Positions 37,988-48,840 are shown, numbered from the stretch's first letter. The stretch: 64,000 nt of DNA from Cyanobacteria bacterium P01_A01_bin.123 (GCA_039815185.1 JBCBZT010000028.1:39650-103649); one strand, 5' to 3'. Notes: generated by a model not told the origin, from the letters alone. Translations and numbers: made by a program.

Positions 37988-39466
37988 TTATGAGCTGGGT
38001 CGAAAGTTTGCGTTCATTGCATGGTGTCTGAAATTAAGTCTACTAATTAAATCGGAGAAGGGCTGCCAGTCATCGACCTCTGCGATCGCGCTCCAGACGT
38101 TTTCGATCGCAGACTGTGAAAGTACCGTCGTTGGGTTATGGCGCTTTAGCCGTTGGCCAATGGCCTCCATCTCTTGCTCTGGCTGCCGCCACAACAGTTG
38201 GTGGTAGAAGACGCGCCAGGGTTTCAGGGCGATCGCCTGCCCCGCAGCATTCAAAAAACTAAGGTCGGCAAAAATGGCTGCTGGCTCTTCTCGCCAGGCG
38301 GCGCAAAACTGACGCCGGAGCTCCTGGAAAAATCGGTGATAGCCAATCTGGGTCATGAATAAAAACTTCAGCGTGAGGTGAATCAATGCTTCAGCATCCT
38401 CAGCAGGGAGATCTTCAAATCCCAGCTTGTACAGCATGGCTTGGTGATAGGCCCGGTCGTAGAGTTCAGTAAACGATTCCAGCACGCTTTCCATGACTTC
38501 TTTCGGCATCACCCGCGCCAGGGGACGTTGCAACATCTCCAGATTCCAGCGACAGATACTGGGCTGATTGCGGTAGCTATAACGCCCCCAGCGATCGAAG
38601 GAAGCGGCCGTAAAGTAGGGGCTATAGGTTTCAATGAAGGCATAGGGGCCATAGTCAAAACCCTCACCAATGATGGACATGTTGTCGGTGTTCAGCACGC
38701 CATGGCAAAATCCTGCCGCCATCCACTGGGCCACCAAATAGGCTGTCCGCTGCACCAACTCAGCATAGAACTGGATGTCTCGATCAGGAGACGTCCAGAG
38801 ATGGCCATAATAATGCTGAATCACATGATCGAGTAACTGCCGAATCAAGTCAGGACGATCGAAATAGTCCAGTCGTTCAAAGTTGCCAAAGCGAATGTGA
38901 GACCGACTGAGGCGCACCATCACAGCTGACCGGGCGGGTGAGGGCTCATCGCTTCTTTCCAGTCCTTCACCCGTTTCCACTAAACTGAGGATCCGGCAGG
39001 TCGGTATCCCCAACCCATGCAGTGCTTCTGCGGCCAGCGCTTCCCGGACACCCCCTAACAAAGACATGCGGCCATCTCGTCCTTGGGAATGGGGCGTTTT
39101 TCCTGAGCCTTTGGTGCCTAAATCTAGAAGCTGCCCAGCCCCGATGCGAACCTGACCATAGAGGAATCCGCGGCCATCCCCCAAGTAAGGATTGTATTGG
39201 CCAAACTGATAGCCGTGATAGCACAAAGCCAAGCCAGATTGGTTTTTTTGTAGGCCATAGGCTTGAAATTGACCAAAGGCTTCAATGAAGTGTCGATCAC
39301 TCACTGTTTTGGGCACTAACCCTAGCTGTGGTAATAGGTGATCATTGCGAAATCGCAGCCGCAATTGCGGAAATGTGGCGGGTTGAACGCGATCGTAAAA
39401 GTCATCGCCCAGGGATTCCAAGGCTGGCTCATAAGACAATTCAAAGAAGGGGTTACGGGCAGGCAT
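37988..39466 (-). CDS. selO: protein adenylyltransferase SelO/YdiU family
   Basis: YHGYQFG..NPYLGDGRG, KGSG.TP, SHIRFG.FE, HGVLNTDNMS, DYGPYAF. Confidence 0.9.
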   Translation of the reverse strand: MPARNPFFELSYEPALESLGDDFYDRVQPATFPQLRLRFRNDHLLPQLGLVPKTVSDRHFIEAFGQFQAYGLQKNQSGLALCYHGYQFGQYNPYLGDGRGFLYGQVRIGAGQLLDLGTKGSGKTPHSQGRDGRMSLLGGVREALAAEALHGLGIPTCRILSLVETGEGLERSDEPSPARSAVMVRLSRSHIRFGNFERLDYFDRPDLIRQLLDHVIQHYYGHLWTSPDRDIQFYAELVQRTAYLVAQWMAAGFCHGVLNTDNMSIIGEGFDYGPYAFIETYSPYFTAASFDRWGRYSYRNQPSICRWNLEMLQRPLARVMPKEVMESVLESFTELYDRAYHQAMLYKLGFEDLPAEDAEALIHLTLKFLFMTQIGYHRFFQELRRQFCAAWREEPAAIFADLSFLNAAGQAIALKPWRVFYHQLLWRQPEQEMEAIGQRLKRHNPTTVLSQSAIENVWSAIAEVDDWQPFSDLISRLNFRHHAMNANFRPSS

Positions 39467-39483
39467 GAATTCCCTAGGGGGGG

Positions 39484-40098
39484 TTAGTAGTGCTTGGCAC
39501 GATGGGCAATGGGATCAAATTCAAACCGTTTTTTGCTGTGGGTTTCGCCATAAAGATTGAAAGTAACCAACGGTTCCTCGCCAACCGCTTGGACGTTATG
39601 AATTGCTTCTGGGACAAAGCTAATCACATCTCCGTATGCCAGGGTCTGCTCGGCAACACAGATAATTTTGTCGGGAAATTCTGACTCAGGCATTCGTTGC
39701 CATAGGGTGTTTTTTTCTTGGCCCTGAAGCACTGCTACCACACCCCAAGTCCCATGGTTATGAATGGGCGACTTGGCACCGGGCATGAGGGTCTCGATCT
39801 GGACTGTCAACGGATAGCCAATTTCATCGTAGAGGTTGAGGAAGGCTGCGTCCGTCGTCGGATCCGGATCCGGACGTTGGGTTTGCAACCAATAGGAGTT
39901 GAGCACGAGCTTACGAACTAATCGGCGGAGATTGGGTAAACAGTCGCATTGGTGATCGGTGGTCGCCTGTTTGAGGGCCTCTTCTACCTCGGTTAAGAAG
40001 CGATGGAAACGATAGGGGGTTTCGAGTAAATCCCATTCTCGCGGGGTAGGGCACGGTTGACATTGCCCCTCTGCTTTGACGATCCAATCTTGATTCAC
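39484..40098 (-). CDS. cupin of cysteine dioxygenase-like type
   Basis: SPIHNHGTWGVV...GQEKN...AIHNV...TFNLYG. Confidence 0.8.
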   Translation of the reverse strand: MNQDWIVKAEGQCQPCPTPREWDLLETPYRFHRFLTEVEEALKQATTDHQCDCLPNLRRLVRKLVLNSYWLQTQRPDPDPTTDAAFLNLYDEIGYPLTVQIETLMPGAKSPIHNHGTWGVVAVLQGQEKNTLWQRMPESEFPDKIICVAEQTLAYGDVISFVPEAIHNVQAVGEEPLVTFNLYGETHSKKRFEFDPIAHRAKHY

Positions 40099-40285
40099 GG
40101 CTAACTCCCAGCTATGCTCCGGCTCAACGGCACAATAGAGTTGTTTCCTTTCAGGTACTCGCTGTAGTCAGCCAGGTCATCTAGCCCTAGAAATCCGAGC
40201 AACATCTCAGCCATAAGCCATAAACACAGCTCAATCACAAGTTGGCGCAGTTTAATTTTCATGGTGAACACCCTTTGGCAGCGGT

Positions 40286-40843
40286 TTATGCGCAGGCGAG
40301 TTGGAGGCCGCGCATGTGATTAAAAAGCTGCCAGCAGTATTGCTCCGGCAGTCTACAGGTTGTCGCTCCTCGCATCACCACATTGAAATACCAATCATTG
40401 GGGGGAATTTCCAACGGTGTTTTTTGTACGACAACGTAGGTTCTGACCCCGACATAGAGCTGTCCCTCACTTTCGACGGCGACTGACTCATGACGATAGC
40501 CCCCCTGCTGTACCCCTTCGCGTTGATCCAGGCGATCGCTGAGGCGCCGGGGTAATCGGTAAAGTACGCCCTGGGTTTCGCGGGTCGAATCAGGCAAGAT
40601 ATCGAGGGCGCCGCACTGGCGCTGGGGAGAGTAGTAGTGAAACCCTAGCCGATAGCCCTTGAGAGTCGCCGTGCCAACGACATAACGGTGGGTATTTTCC
40701 CCCAGCGATCGCTTTAGATCTACCGGGCACATGCAAGAGCCGTAGGCAAAATAGTAGAAAAAAGGGGCTGTGGCCGCCCCCATAGCTTGGGCTGGTTGGG
40801 CTGGATCAAGGTCGACGCCTAACTCGACATCATGGGTCAACAT
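40286..40843 (-). CDS. gamma-glutamylcyclotransferase family protein
   Basis: YYFAYGSCM, GVLYRL, LDQREG; start uncertain (40843-40888). Confidence 0.88.
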   Translation of the reverse strand: MLTHDVELGVDLDPAQPAQAMGAATAPFFYYFAYGSCMCPVDLKRSLGENTHRYVVGTATLKGYRLGFHYYSPQRQCGALDILPDSTRETQGVLYRLPRRLSDRLDQREGVQQGGYRHESVAVESEGQLYVGVRTYVVVQKTPLEIPPNDWYFNVVMRGATTCRLPEQYCWQLFNHMRGLQLACA

Positions 40844-41516
40844 GGTTGGTGGCTGAATTCGATTCAGGGACACAAAAGTGCTCTTCAATCAGGGCGGGCA
40901 GATCGGCAAGGTTGAGATGGTCGTAGCGGTGTTTACCCGGCATGATCGTCAGATTAGGCGCTTTGGAACAGCGCTTTTGACAACCGGTATATTTAATGTC
41001 CACCTGATCCCAAAGCTGCTGTTCTCGCAGAACTTGCTCTAGCTTCGCAACCAGCTGACGGCCCCCCCGCTTTTGACATCCTGATTTGTGGCAGATCAAG
41101 ATTTGGGCCCGTTTCTGCCTTAACGAGTGGGGAGAACTGTGAGGGGCAGCATTGTTTTTTGGCACACTGTTCTTTGGCGGTGGCGCGACGGTAGCAGAGA
41201 AGCGCGCGTCAGCAGGGGGGATTGTAGCGGCTTCATCTTGGGAAGCGGCAGCTAGGGAAAAGATCTGGTAGGCCTTGAGCTTGATCACCCCAGTCGAAAA
41301 GTCAACTTGGCTGCGGCCAATGCACTGGATGCGATCGCCCGGTCGTAGGTGTCGCCGCACATAAGCGCGTAGCTCCTTGGGCATCTTAATCACAACCTGT
41401 TCTTGTTCGACTTCCAGGACGATAGATTTTGGCTTATCCAGGGCATGGCCGGGAAATCCTAAGAAGGTTCCTTCCAGGTTGAACATCCGGGATGGGATGG
41501 GTTTGGGGGCCGACAT
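40830..41516 (-). CDS. thioredoxin-like 2Fe-2S ferredoxin domain protein with an N-terminal OB-like region
   Basis: C-terminal ICHKSGC..RGG...TGCQKRCSKAPN four-Cys pattern. Confidence 0.8.
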   Translation of the reverse strand: MSAPKPIPSRMFNLEGTFLGFPGHALDKPKSIVLEVEQEQVVIKMPKELRAYVRRHLRPGDRIQCIGRSQVDFSTGVIKLKAYQIFSLAAASQDEAATIPPADARFSATVAPPPKNSVPKNNAAPHSSPHSLRQKRAQILICHKSGCQKRGGRQLVAKLEQVLREQQLWDQVDIKYTGCQKRCSKAPNLTIMPGKHRYDHLNLADLPALIEEHFCVPESNSATNHVDP

Positions 41517-41643
41517 GGGGGAGCTCCTGGGGTGAGGGTGGGGGAGAGGAGTGGGGGAGAGGGAGGTAGGCTGCCCTGATTCGAATCAAGGGGAGATCGA
41601 CCTATCAGATTTGGCTGAGCCGACGATTTGTTCAGTTTTGTGC

Positions 41644-41847
41644 CTAGTTCAGCTTGGTCGCTCTAACCGTTTGGGGCATTTGAATCGGATCGCCTAGCCC
41701 TGTGACAGAGAGTTCCCAGCCGTTAGCGAGGGTGAAAATGTGGGCATCGTCGGCCTGGGTGAGGTTAACGACTTCTTCTTCGAGGTCTTTTTTGGCTACG
41801 TAGACCATCATCTTGCCGTCGCGATCGCTGTGGAGCATGACTTTCAT
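41644..41847 (-). CDS. nifT: NifT/FixU
   Basis: MKVML...YVAKKDLEE.VV...TLANGWEL...P.TV.A; 67 aa. Confidence 0.92.
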   Translation of the reverse strand: MKVMLHSDRDGKMMVYVAKKDLEEEVVNLTQADDAHIFTLANGWELSVTGLGDPIQMPQTVRATKLN

Positions 41848-41911
41848 AGGAGTGACCTTTTGGATGAGAGCAGGGGGGAGGTGGGGAGAGGGGGAGATTG
41901 CCTGAGCTAAG

Positions 41912-43054
41912 TCAGGCGATCGCTTCGTAGGATTTTTCGCCAGACACGAGCGCCAGCAGTTCATCAACCGTGAGGTTGCGTTTGAGTTGGGTGGAGCGAT
42001 CGCGGACGGCATTCAAGACGGATTGGCCATTGATGGCATCGAGCTGGACGCCGTAGTCTTCCAAGACTTGATTTAGCAAGTGGCGACCAGAGTGTTTGCC
42101 CACCACTAATCGGCGTTGCCAGCCAACTTCTTTGGGGTCAAAAGGTTCGTAAGTGCTGGGATTTTGTAGGACACCGTGGGCGTGGATGCCAGACTCATGG
42201 GCGAAGGTGTTTTCGCCAACGATTGCTTTCCAGGGAGCGACTGGGCAGTTCACCGCCTTGGCAATGAAGCGAGATAGCTCCAGAAAATGCTGGGTTTGAA
42301 TACCGGCTTTGAGGCCATAGATTTGCTTCAGCGCCATCACGACTTCTTCTAGGGCGGCGTTGCCGGCTCGTTCCCCTAGACCGTTAACGGTGGTGTTAAC
42401 CGAGGTAGCGCCGGCCCGGATGCCCGCTAGGGCATTGGCGGTTGCCAACCCCAAGTCATTGTGGGTGTGCATTTCTACGGGAATCTCTAGGGAGGTGACC
42501 AGCTTTTGTACCTTTGAGAAGGTGGTAAATGGATCTAGGATGCCGACAGTGTCGCAAAACCGAAAGCGGAATGCGCCCCATTCTTGAGCAAACTGGGCCG
42601 CATCGATTAAAAAAGTCTCGTCAGCCCGGGAGCTATCTTCACCACCGACACTCACTTCCAGGCCGTGATCACGAGCAAAAATGATGGCATCCCGTAACTG
42701 CTCAAGCATGCGGGCCCAGCGTCCTTGGAACTTGACCTGAATCTGCATGTCAGAGACGGGAATGGAAATGTGAATCCGTTTTAGGCCGCAATGAATGGAG
42801 GCTTGAACATCAGCGATGACGGCGCGGTTCCAACCCAGAAGGTGAGCATTGAGGCCCAGGTCAGCGATCGCGCGAATGGCTTTAGCCTCATCCTGACCCA
42901 TGGCCGGAATGCCCACTTCCAGCTCTTGAACACCAATGGCATCTAGGAATTTAGCGATCGCCACCTTTTCTTCTAGACCAAAGGCTACCCCTGCGGCCTG
43001 TTCACCATCTCGCAGGGTTGTGTCGTTAATGTAAATCTGGGGCGGAGTAGTCAT
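41912..43054 (-). CDS. nifV: homocitrate synthase
   Basis: [51 protein letters not shown]. Confidence 0.95.
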   Translation of the reverse strand: MTTPPQIYINDTTLRDGEQAAGVAFGLEEKVAIAKFLDAIGVQELEVGIPAMGQDEAKAIRAIADLGLNAHLLGWNRAVIADVQASIHCGLKRIHISIPVSDMQIQVKFQGRWARMLEQLRDAIIFARDHGLEVSVGGEDSSRADETFLIDAAQFAQEWGAFRFRFCDTVGILDPFTTFSKVQKLVTSLEIPVEMHTHNDLGLATANALAGIRAGATSVNTTVNGLGERAGNAALEEVVMALKQIYGLKAGIQTQHFLELSRFIAKAVNCPVAPWKAIVGENTFAHESGIHAHGVLQNPSTYEPFDPKEVGWQRRLVVGKHSGRHLLNQVLEDYGVQLDAINGQSVLNAVRDRSTQLKRNLTVDELLALVSGEKSYEAIA

Positions 43055-43186
43055 GGTAGCCTCCAAAGGGGATGGGGGAATACGAGCTGGGTTGATTGCA
43101 GCAAGGGAGTCGAGAGTAGGCGTTAGGAGTCAGAATTCAGGAGTCAGACTGTCTTTTTCCGGCTCCTGAATTCTGGGTGCTGATCT

Positions 43187-43333
43187 CTAAATCACGTTCG
43201 TCCAATCGTCAGTGGACTTAGCGCAGAGTTTCCTGAGATATTCGTTGTCGGCTTTGATCATCTGGTTGAGAAAATACTGCTGAATCCCAGCCCAGGCGAA
43301 AAAGAATCCAACAACGGTAAAAGTGGCAAGCAT
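43187..43333 (-). CDS. unannotated 48-aa single-pass membrane microprotein
   Basis: My translation: MLATFTVVGFFFAWAGIQQYFLNQMIKADNEYLRKLCAKSTDDWTNVI; AAGGA upstream; co-oriented between dps and nifV. Confidence 0.5.
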   Translation of the reverse strand: MLATFTVVGFFFAWAGIQQYFLNQMIKADNEYLRKLCAKSTDDWTNVI

Positions 43334-43407
43334 GTTAGGACATCCTTAGTGAGTGAGGAAAGCGTGTGGAAGCGGCAGATCAAGTGCTAATCGTGATTAG
43401 CTGTTGA

Positions 43408-43947
43408 TTACCTGAGAAACGTGACGGTGAGGCTTTCTTCGGCCAGGAAGTGATCGAGGTGAAAAGCGCGCTCTTCGGTTTTGAGCAAAATCTCTTCGTA
43501 GAGATAACGAGTGGCGCGATCGCCCACGCTTTCAGCCTGGGTGGCCAGCCGCCGCAGCAGCGCCATGATTTCGTTTTCTGCCGCTAGATCGTTTTCAATC
43601 ATTTGGCGACAGGTGTAAGCGCCCTCAGCTTCAGGGGTAAAGCAGCAGAGGTTTGCCAGGGTGGCCAATGTGCCTGCGGGGATGCCCCCTAATCCATTCA
43701 TGCGCTCGGCAACATCATGGGCGTGCCCTTGAGTGGCTTCGTAGCTCTCTTGCCAGAACTCATGGATGGAATAGAATTCCGCGCCTTCGACGACGAAATG
43801 GTGCTTCTGGTATTGCAGATAGAGGGCTTGAAAACTGGCATAAACCAGGTTGAACCCTTCACAGATCAGCGTAGTGACGTCTTTTTCAAGCCCGACCGGG
43901 TTATCCCCGACTTCACCAAATGCACGAATGAGAGTTTGAGTGGTCAT
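43408..43947 (-). CDS. dps: Dps family DNA-protection/ferritin-like protein
   Basis: LYLQYQKHHFVVEG.EFYSIH, HDVAER, TEERAFHLDHFL. Confidence 0.92.
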   Translation of the reverse strand: MTTQTLIRAFGEVGDNPVGLEKDVTTLICEGFNLVYASFQALYLQYQKHHFVVEGAEFYSIHEFWQESYEATQGHAHDVAERMNGLGGIPAGTLATLANLCCFTPEAEGAYTCRQMIENDLAAENEIMALLRRLATQAESVGDRATRYLYEEILLKTEERAFHLDHFLAEESLTVTFLR

Positions 43948-44032
43948 AGTGGTTACTCCAATGGGTTAACGAATGAAAATGAGACTTGTCTGGGCTGCTT
44001 GTTTGGGCCAAACAGCCTGGCTGGGTGAGACT

Positions 44033-44320
44033 TCAGGAGGAATAAGCAGCGGTACAAACCACTCGGGTTTGCCAACAGCGTTCTAGCCAGTCCACGCCTG
44101 CTTGGCGAGACGTGGTGAACTGTCGCACGGTGCTGTGGACTAGAACCAATGCGATCGCGTGGTCAACATCAACCCGTAGGGTGCCGTCGGCGGGACAAGC
44201 ACAGGGAATGTTGAGTTCTTGCAAGCGGCGATGGATCGACCAGCGATCGCCGGGATGCACTGAGACAACTTGGCCCCAGTTCTGAGAATTAAATGGGGGG
44301 GTGGAGGTGGACTTACTCAT
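44033..44320 (-). CDS. Asr1405/Asl0597 family protein
   Basis: [16 protein letters not shown]...V.S.VRQFT.SRQ..DWLERCW. Confidence 0.8.
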   Translation of the reverse strand: MSKSTSTPPFNSQNWGQVVSVHPGDRWSIHRRLQELNIPCACPADGTLRVDVDHAIALVLVHSTVRQFTTSRQAGVDWLERCWQTRVVCTAAYSS

Positions 44321-45044
44321 GGGATTGATACTCCAGGGGTGAATGAGGTGGGTAGGTAAGACTTTGGACTTGGGCTTCTAAAGCTTCAATGCGATCGATT
44401 AGCCGCCGTAGGGTTGCGGCTTCAGCGTCAGGCAGCTCACCGTGCTCTAGGGGAGCAGCAACGGTGTTGCATTTACAAACATTGCGATTGGGGATGCCAA
44501 CAGCAGTGCAGTTGGCAGGCACATCCCGCAATACAACAGAGCCCGCTCCGATGCGGGCATGGTCGCCAATATTAATGTTGCCGAGGACTTTGGCGCCGGT
44601 GCCAATCACCACTCGACTACCGACAGTAGGATGGCGCTTGCCCGTTTCTTTGCCCGTACCTCCAAGGGTGACACCCTGATAGATCAAGGTGTAGTCGCCC
44701 ACTATAGCGGTTTCGCCAATCACAACGCCCATGCCGTGATCGATAAAGACACCCTTACCCAGTTGGGCCCCTGGGTGAATTTCAATGCCCGTGAAGAAGC
44801 GGGCGAGGTGAGAAATAAAGCGGGGGAAAAAGCCAACACCGCGATGGTGCAACCAGTGGGCTAGGCGATGGGCTGCGATCGCATGCAGGCCGGGGTAGCA
44901 ACACAGCACCTCCAACCAGCTATGGGCCGCCGGATCGCGCTCAAAAATAACGGCGAAGTCTGCCAAGAGGGGCACTTGCTGATGCAATGCCTCTAGGGAG
45001 GGCAATCGCGGCTGACTCAGGAAGGAAGGCAGAGATAAGAACAT
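44313..45044 (-). CDS. nifP: serine O-acetyltransferase (nif-associated)
   Basis: [42 protein letters not shown]; divergent from nifB. Confidence 0.93.
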   Translation of the reverse strand: MFLSLPSFLSQPRLPSLEALHQQVPLLADFAVIFERDPAAHSWLEVLCCYPGLHAIAAHRLAHWLHHRGVGFFPRFISHLARFFTGIEIHPGAQLGKGVFIDHGMGVVIGETAIVGDYTLIYQGVTLGGTGKETGKRHPTVGSRVVIGTGAKVLGNINIGDHARIGAGSVVLRDVPANCTAVGIPNRNVCKCNTVAAPLEHGELPDAEAATLRRLIDRIEALEAQVQSLTYPPHSPLEYQSHE

Positions 45045-45140
45045 GGCTCTGGTGGGGCTGCGTTTCCATGCTTATAGCAATCGCGATATGAAGCGTTCGA
45101 TCGCTAAGGCCCAATCCAGATTTACTAAAACTATTACCGC

Positions 45141-45345
45141 TGTACTCAGTGGCTAAAGCATTGATTTATCAAGGGTTAAAGATTTCTTTAGGGTCGGGGG
45201 ACGAGTATTTTAGGGCTAAGGGGTGGGTATTTCTGATGTGAGGTACAGGTATTTTGTACTCACGGAAAAATCCTTATACCGCTTATATATAGATGTGTAC
45301 GCCGTTAATGACAGATTCACGAAGCCATCGGAGACTATGTACTCA
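45141..45345 (-). promoter_or_regulatory. three TGAGTACA boxes upstream of nifP (putative CnfR-dependent promoter)
   Basis: TGTACTCA on + at 45141, 45255 and 45338. Confidence 0.7.
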
Positions 45346-46050
45346 AAGTACGGTTTCTCCATCGTAAGTTCATGATTTCACAAAAGAAACTGTAGCAGAC
45401 TATGCAAAAACGCCTCTATTTAATTCAGCAATCCTTAACAAGTAGAACTAACCCCTTCAAGTGGCGCTTTATTGTAGAGCAGGAAGCTAAGCGTCAACGG
45501 GGAATGATTTGAGCCGATTATCTTGCTTGAGCCCGATTGGCTAAAAAGTTCAGACGCTAGAAGCTGGGAGTTAGGCGTCAGAGAATCCGATTTGAAACCT
45601 GGAGTTTTAGCTGAAGGAGAAACTGTGGATGTGGATGTGGATGCGGTTTGGTCTGTAGCGCTATCCTCTCCGGGTTCAGATCGGGTTCAGAATTCAAAAC
45701 CTAAGAAGCAAGAGAAACCATGCCGTAAAGTGATGCCCTCTTAGCAGCGCCTGTTGGCTGCTTATCCAGGCTGACACCCCACGACTTCCCATAGTTTGTA
45801 AGGGGTTGCTCTTCTCGCTGCGCATCTAATAGCCCCTGATGCCTTGCCAAATCCTGATTTCTGACCCCTGCTCTCCGATTCCTAAATCAATATCTCAACT
45901 TAAACGGAGACTCTGTTATATTAGTTAACGGAAAATAGTCAGACACGTTACCGACAAATTAGGGAAACTGAAAGAATCGATACAGACAGCACTTTTGCTC
46001 TCCCAGAAAGACGCACCATTTTGTATCTAAATTAGCCGAATGGGCAGATT

Positions 46051-46247
46051 TGAGTACTCAAAAAAGGGTACTCACTTAGGCGTTAAAAACACCATCAATC
46101 CCTTGCCTATCAATGGGTTGAGCTGAGTACAAGAATTACCGGGCGGCAGTGGCAAAATGCCAGCCCATGGGTTGGGAAATACCAGTACCCCGATCTTGAA
46201 AAAAAGTTTTTTCCTTGGATATTCAAGGGCTGTAGCGTTTGAGTACA
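46051..46247 (+). promoter_or_regulatory. three TGAGTAC boxes upstream of nifB (putative CnfR-dependent promoter)
   Basis: TGAGTACTCA at 46051, TGAGTACA at 46124 and 46240. Confidence 0.75.
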
Positions 46248-46751
46248 GTGTTAATCATTCAATAAATCCTATCGGGCAACTTTTCCTAAACGCTTCTGGA
46301 GCCGTTGCTATAACTCTTTCAACGCCGAGCAGCCAATCTTCAAAACCTGGTTAACTCGGTGAGGTCAACGGAACACAACGTCAACTTTGGCTCAGTTAGA
46401 GCTATTTCATCCCCCCGACGCTTTGTCTTCCTAACTTCATCGGTTTAGCCATGGATTAACTTAAGCGATTTCAGGCGTATTCACCTCCTTTGGGCTGCCC
46501 TCCTGCCCGTCTCGGGCAAATGAGCGCACCCCCTTACCGTGCACCGTGGAAATCGCTGATGGTTATTGAAACTGGGCTTATCGGATGACAACACTCCACA
46601 CTCTCCTAGATCTATGGGCGTTGCATCACCTGACATCTAAATCTAGTTCTCTAGCTTAACCAGCCCTTATAGAGCAACCGACCTGTGTTCACAGGATTGA
46701 TGCAGTCAGTGCCGCGCCCCTCTTTTTTGCCCTTAACAACCCCTAAAACCA

Positions 46752-48230
46752 ATGACGCCTCCGCCACCCACTGCCCTTGCCCCTGCGCCCACGACGACGC
46801 CCGAGCTGGACATTACTTTGACCAAAACTAAAACTGAGGTCAAAAAGTCTGGCGGCGGCTGCGGCTGCAGCAGCAAAAACGATGCCCCCAGCGGCATGAG
46901 CGAAACGCTAAAAGCTCGGATTGAAAAACACCCCTGCTACAGCGAAGAAGCTCATCATCATTACGCCCGCATGCACGTTGCTGTGGCCCCTGCCTGTAAC
47001 ATCCAGTGCAACTACTGCAACCGCAAATATGACTGCGCTAACGAAAGCCGCCCCGGTGTCGTTAGCGAACTGTTGACCCCTGAAGAAGCCGCCCACAAGG
47101 TTCTTGTGGTGGCAGGCAAGATTCCCCAAATGACGGTTCTGGGCATTGCTGGCCCTGGCGACCCCCTAGCCAACCCTGAGAAAACCTTCCGCACCTTTGA
47201 GTTGATTGCCGATAAAGCCCCCGACATCAAACTCTGCCTTTCAACTAACGGCCTGATGCTGCCCGACTATGTCGATCGGATCAAAGCCCTCAACGTCGAT
47301 CACGTCACCATCACTATTAATATGGTGGACCCATCAGTTGGAGAAAAAATCTATCCCTGGGTCCACTACCGCCGTCGGCGTTATCGCGGCATTGATGGGG
47401 TAAAAATCTTGCATGAGCGGCAGATGGAAGGCTTGCAAGCCCTTCAAGAAGCTGATGTGCTCTGCAAAGTTAACTCAGTGCTGATTCCCGGTGTCAATGA
47501 TGAGCACCTGCCGGAGGTGAATAAAGCAATCCGCGATCGCGGTGCGTTCCTCCACAACATCATGCCCCTGATTTCAGCCCCCGAGCACGGTACCTACTTT
47601 GGCTTAAACGGTCAGCGTGGCCCCAAGCCTAAAGAACTCAAGTCGGTTCAAGACAAGTGCTCCGGCAACATGAAAATGATGCGCCACTGTCGCCAGTGCC
47701 GGGCCGACGCCGTCGGTCTACTCGGCGAAGACCGCAGCCAGGAATTCACCAAAGAGAAGTTCATGGAAATGGCACCAGACTACAGTCTGGAAACTCGACA
47801 GGCTGTTCATGCTGGCATTGCAGAAGCCAAAGCTGCCGTTGCCGAGAAGAAACAAGCGGCCCATCGTACAGCTCCCGTAACGGCTTCGCCCAAAGTTCTG
47901 GTTGCCGTCGCCACCAAAGGGGGTGGTCTGGTTAATCAGCACTTCGGCCACGCCAAGGAGTTCATGATTTACGAAGTGGACGCGACCGATGCCAAGTTCA
48001 TTGGTCACCGCAAAGTCGCTGACTACTGCCAAGGGGGTTACGGCGAAGAAGCAGCCTTGACGGGCATCATCAGCACCGTTTCTGACTGCAAAGCCGTACT
48101 GGCCTCCAAAGTTGGCCCCTGCCCGCAGAAAGAACTGCAAAAAGCTGGACTCGTCGTGGTCGAAGCCTATGACGTGATCGAGTCCGTAGCGCGGCAGTTT
48201 TATGACGAGCACGTTTTAGAAAAGGCGTAG
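46752..48230 (+). CDS. nifB: FeMo-cofactor biosynthesis radical SAM protein NifB
   Basis: [36 protein letters not shown]-terminal NifX-like HFGHA. Confidence 0.98.
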   Translation: MTPPPPTALAPAPTTTPELDITLTKTKTEVKKSGGGCGCSSKNDAPSGMSETLKARIEKHPCYSEEAHHHYARMHVAVAPACNIQCNYCNRKYDCANESRPGVVSELLTPEEAAHKVLVVAGKIPQMTVLGIAGPGDPLANPEKTFRTFELIADKAPDIKLCLSTNGLMLPDYVDRIKALNVDHVTITINMVDPSVGEKIYPWVHYRRRRYRGIDGVKILHERQMEGLQALQEADVLCKVNSVLIPGVNDEHLPEVNKAIRDRGAFLHNIMPLISAPEHGTYFGLNGQRGPKPKELKSVQDKCSGNMKMMRHCRQCRADAVGLLGEDRSQEFTKEKFMEMAPDYSLETRQAVHAGIAEAKAAVAEKKQAAHRTAPVTASPKVLVAVATKGGGLVNQHFGHAKEFMIYEVDATDAKFIGHRKVADYCQGGYGEEAALTGIISTVSDCKAVLASKVGPCPQKELQKAGLVVVEAYDVIESVARQFYDEHVLEKA

Positions 48231-48338
48231 CGCAGGGGGGCAAAGGCAGCATGAGCAACCTAAAGCCTACTGCCCTTGCCCCTCCGCTCCCTTTCTCCTC
48301 CCCTATCCCTCCACTCCCTACCAGCGAGGACCCAAGCC

Positions 48339-48743
48339 ATGACTTACACCATCACTAACAACTGCATTAGCTGCCAGCGCTGCCTTTCGAGTTGCCCCAC
48401 CAGCGCCATCCAGACTGATGGATCAAGCTTTTGGATTGATGTGAATCGTTGCAACCAGTGTGAGGGTTCCTACGGGGTGTCCCAATGCTGGGCAGTGTGT
48501 CCCACCAACGACGGCTGTGTGCCCCTGACAGCTGGGATGACGGCGGTCAGCATGACCCCTGTATCCAAGGTTCCAACCGACTACTGGAACACTTGGTTTG
48601 CCAGATACACCCGCATGGTAGCCCGCCTTAAAACGTCACAGCCATCGGGCTACTGGCAACAGTGGTTTGATACCTACTCTCAAACCTTACAGAACTTACA
48701 AACCGAATACGCCAACGGCAGCAATATACCGCTGACCCCATAA
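48339..48743 (+). CDS. fdxN: 4Fe-4S ferredoxin FdxN
   Basis: CISCQRCLSSCP...CNQC...CWAVCP; between nifB and nifS; uninterrupted. Confidence 0.9.
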   Translation: MTYTITNNCISCQRCLSSCPTSAIQTDGSSFWIDVNRCNQCEGSYGVSQCWAVCPTNDGCVPLTAGMTAVSMTPVSKVPTDYWNTWFARYTRMVARLKTSQPSGYWQQWFDTYSQTLQNLQTEYANGSNIPLTP

Positions 48744-48840
48744 TCCCCCCTTTGCTCCCCCCGCTTCTTTATCTCCCCTGCTCCCTCTCTCCCCCTGCTC
48801 CCCCTCCCCCTTGCCCTTTACCCACAACGGAGACGACGTA

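Noticed and set aside
45523..45744. 73-aa ORF in the nifP-nifB gap
   Set aside because: TTG start and low-complexity repeat-derived translation (SWELGVR, VDVDVD)
46157..46354. 65-aa ORF upstream of nifB
   Set aside because: Overlaps the TGAGTACA regulatory boxes and has no protein-like features
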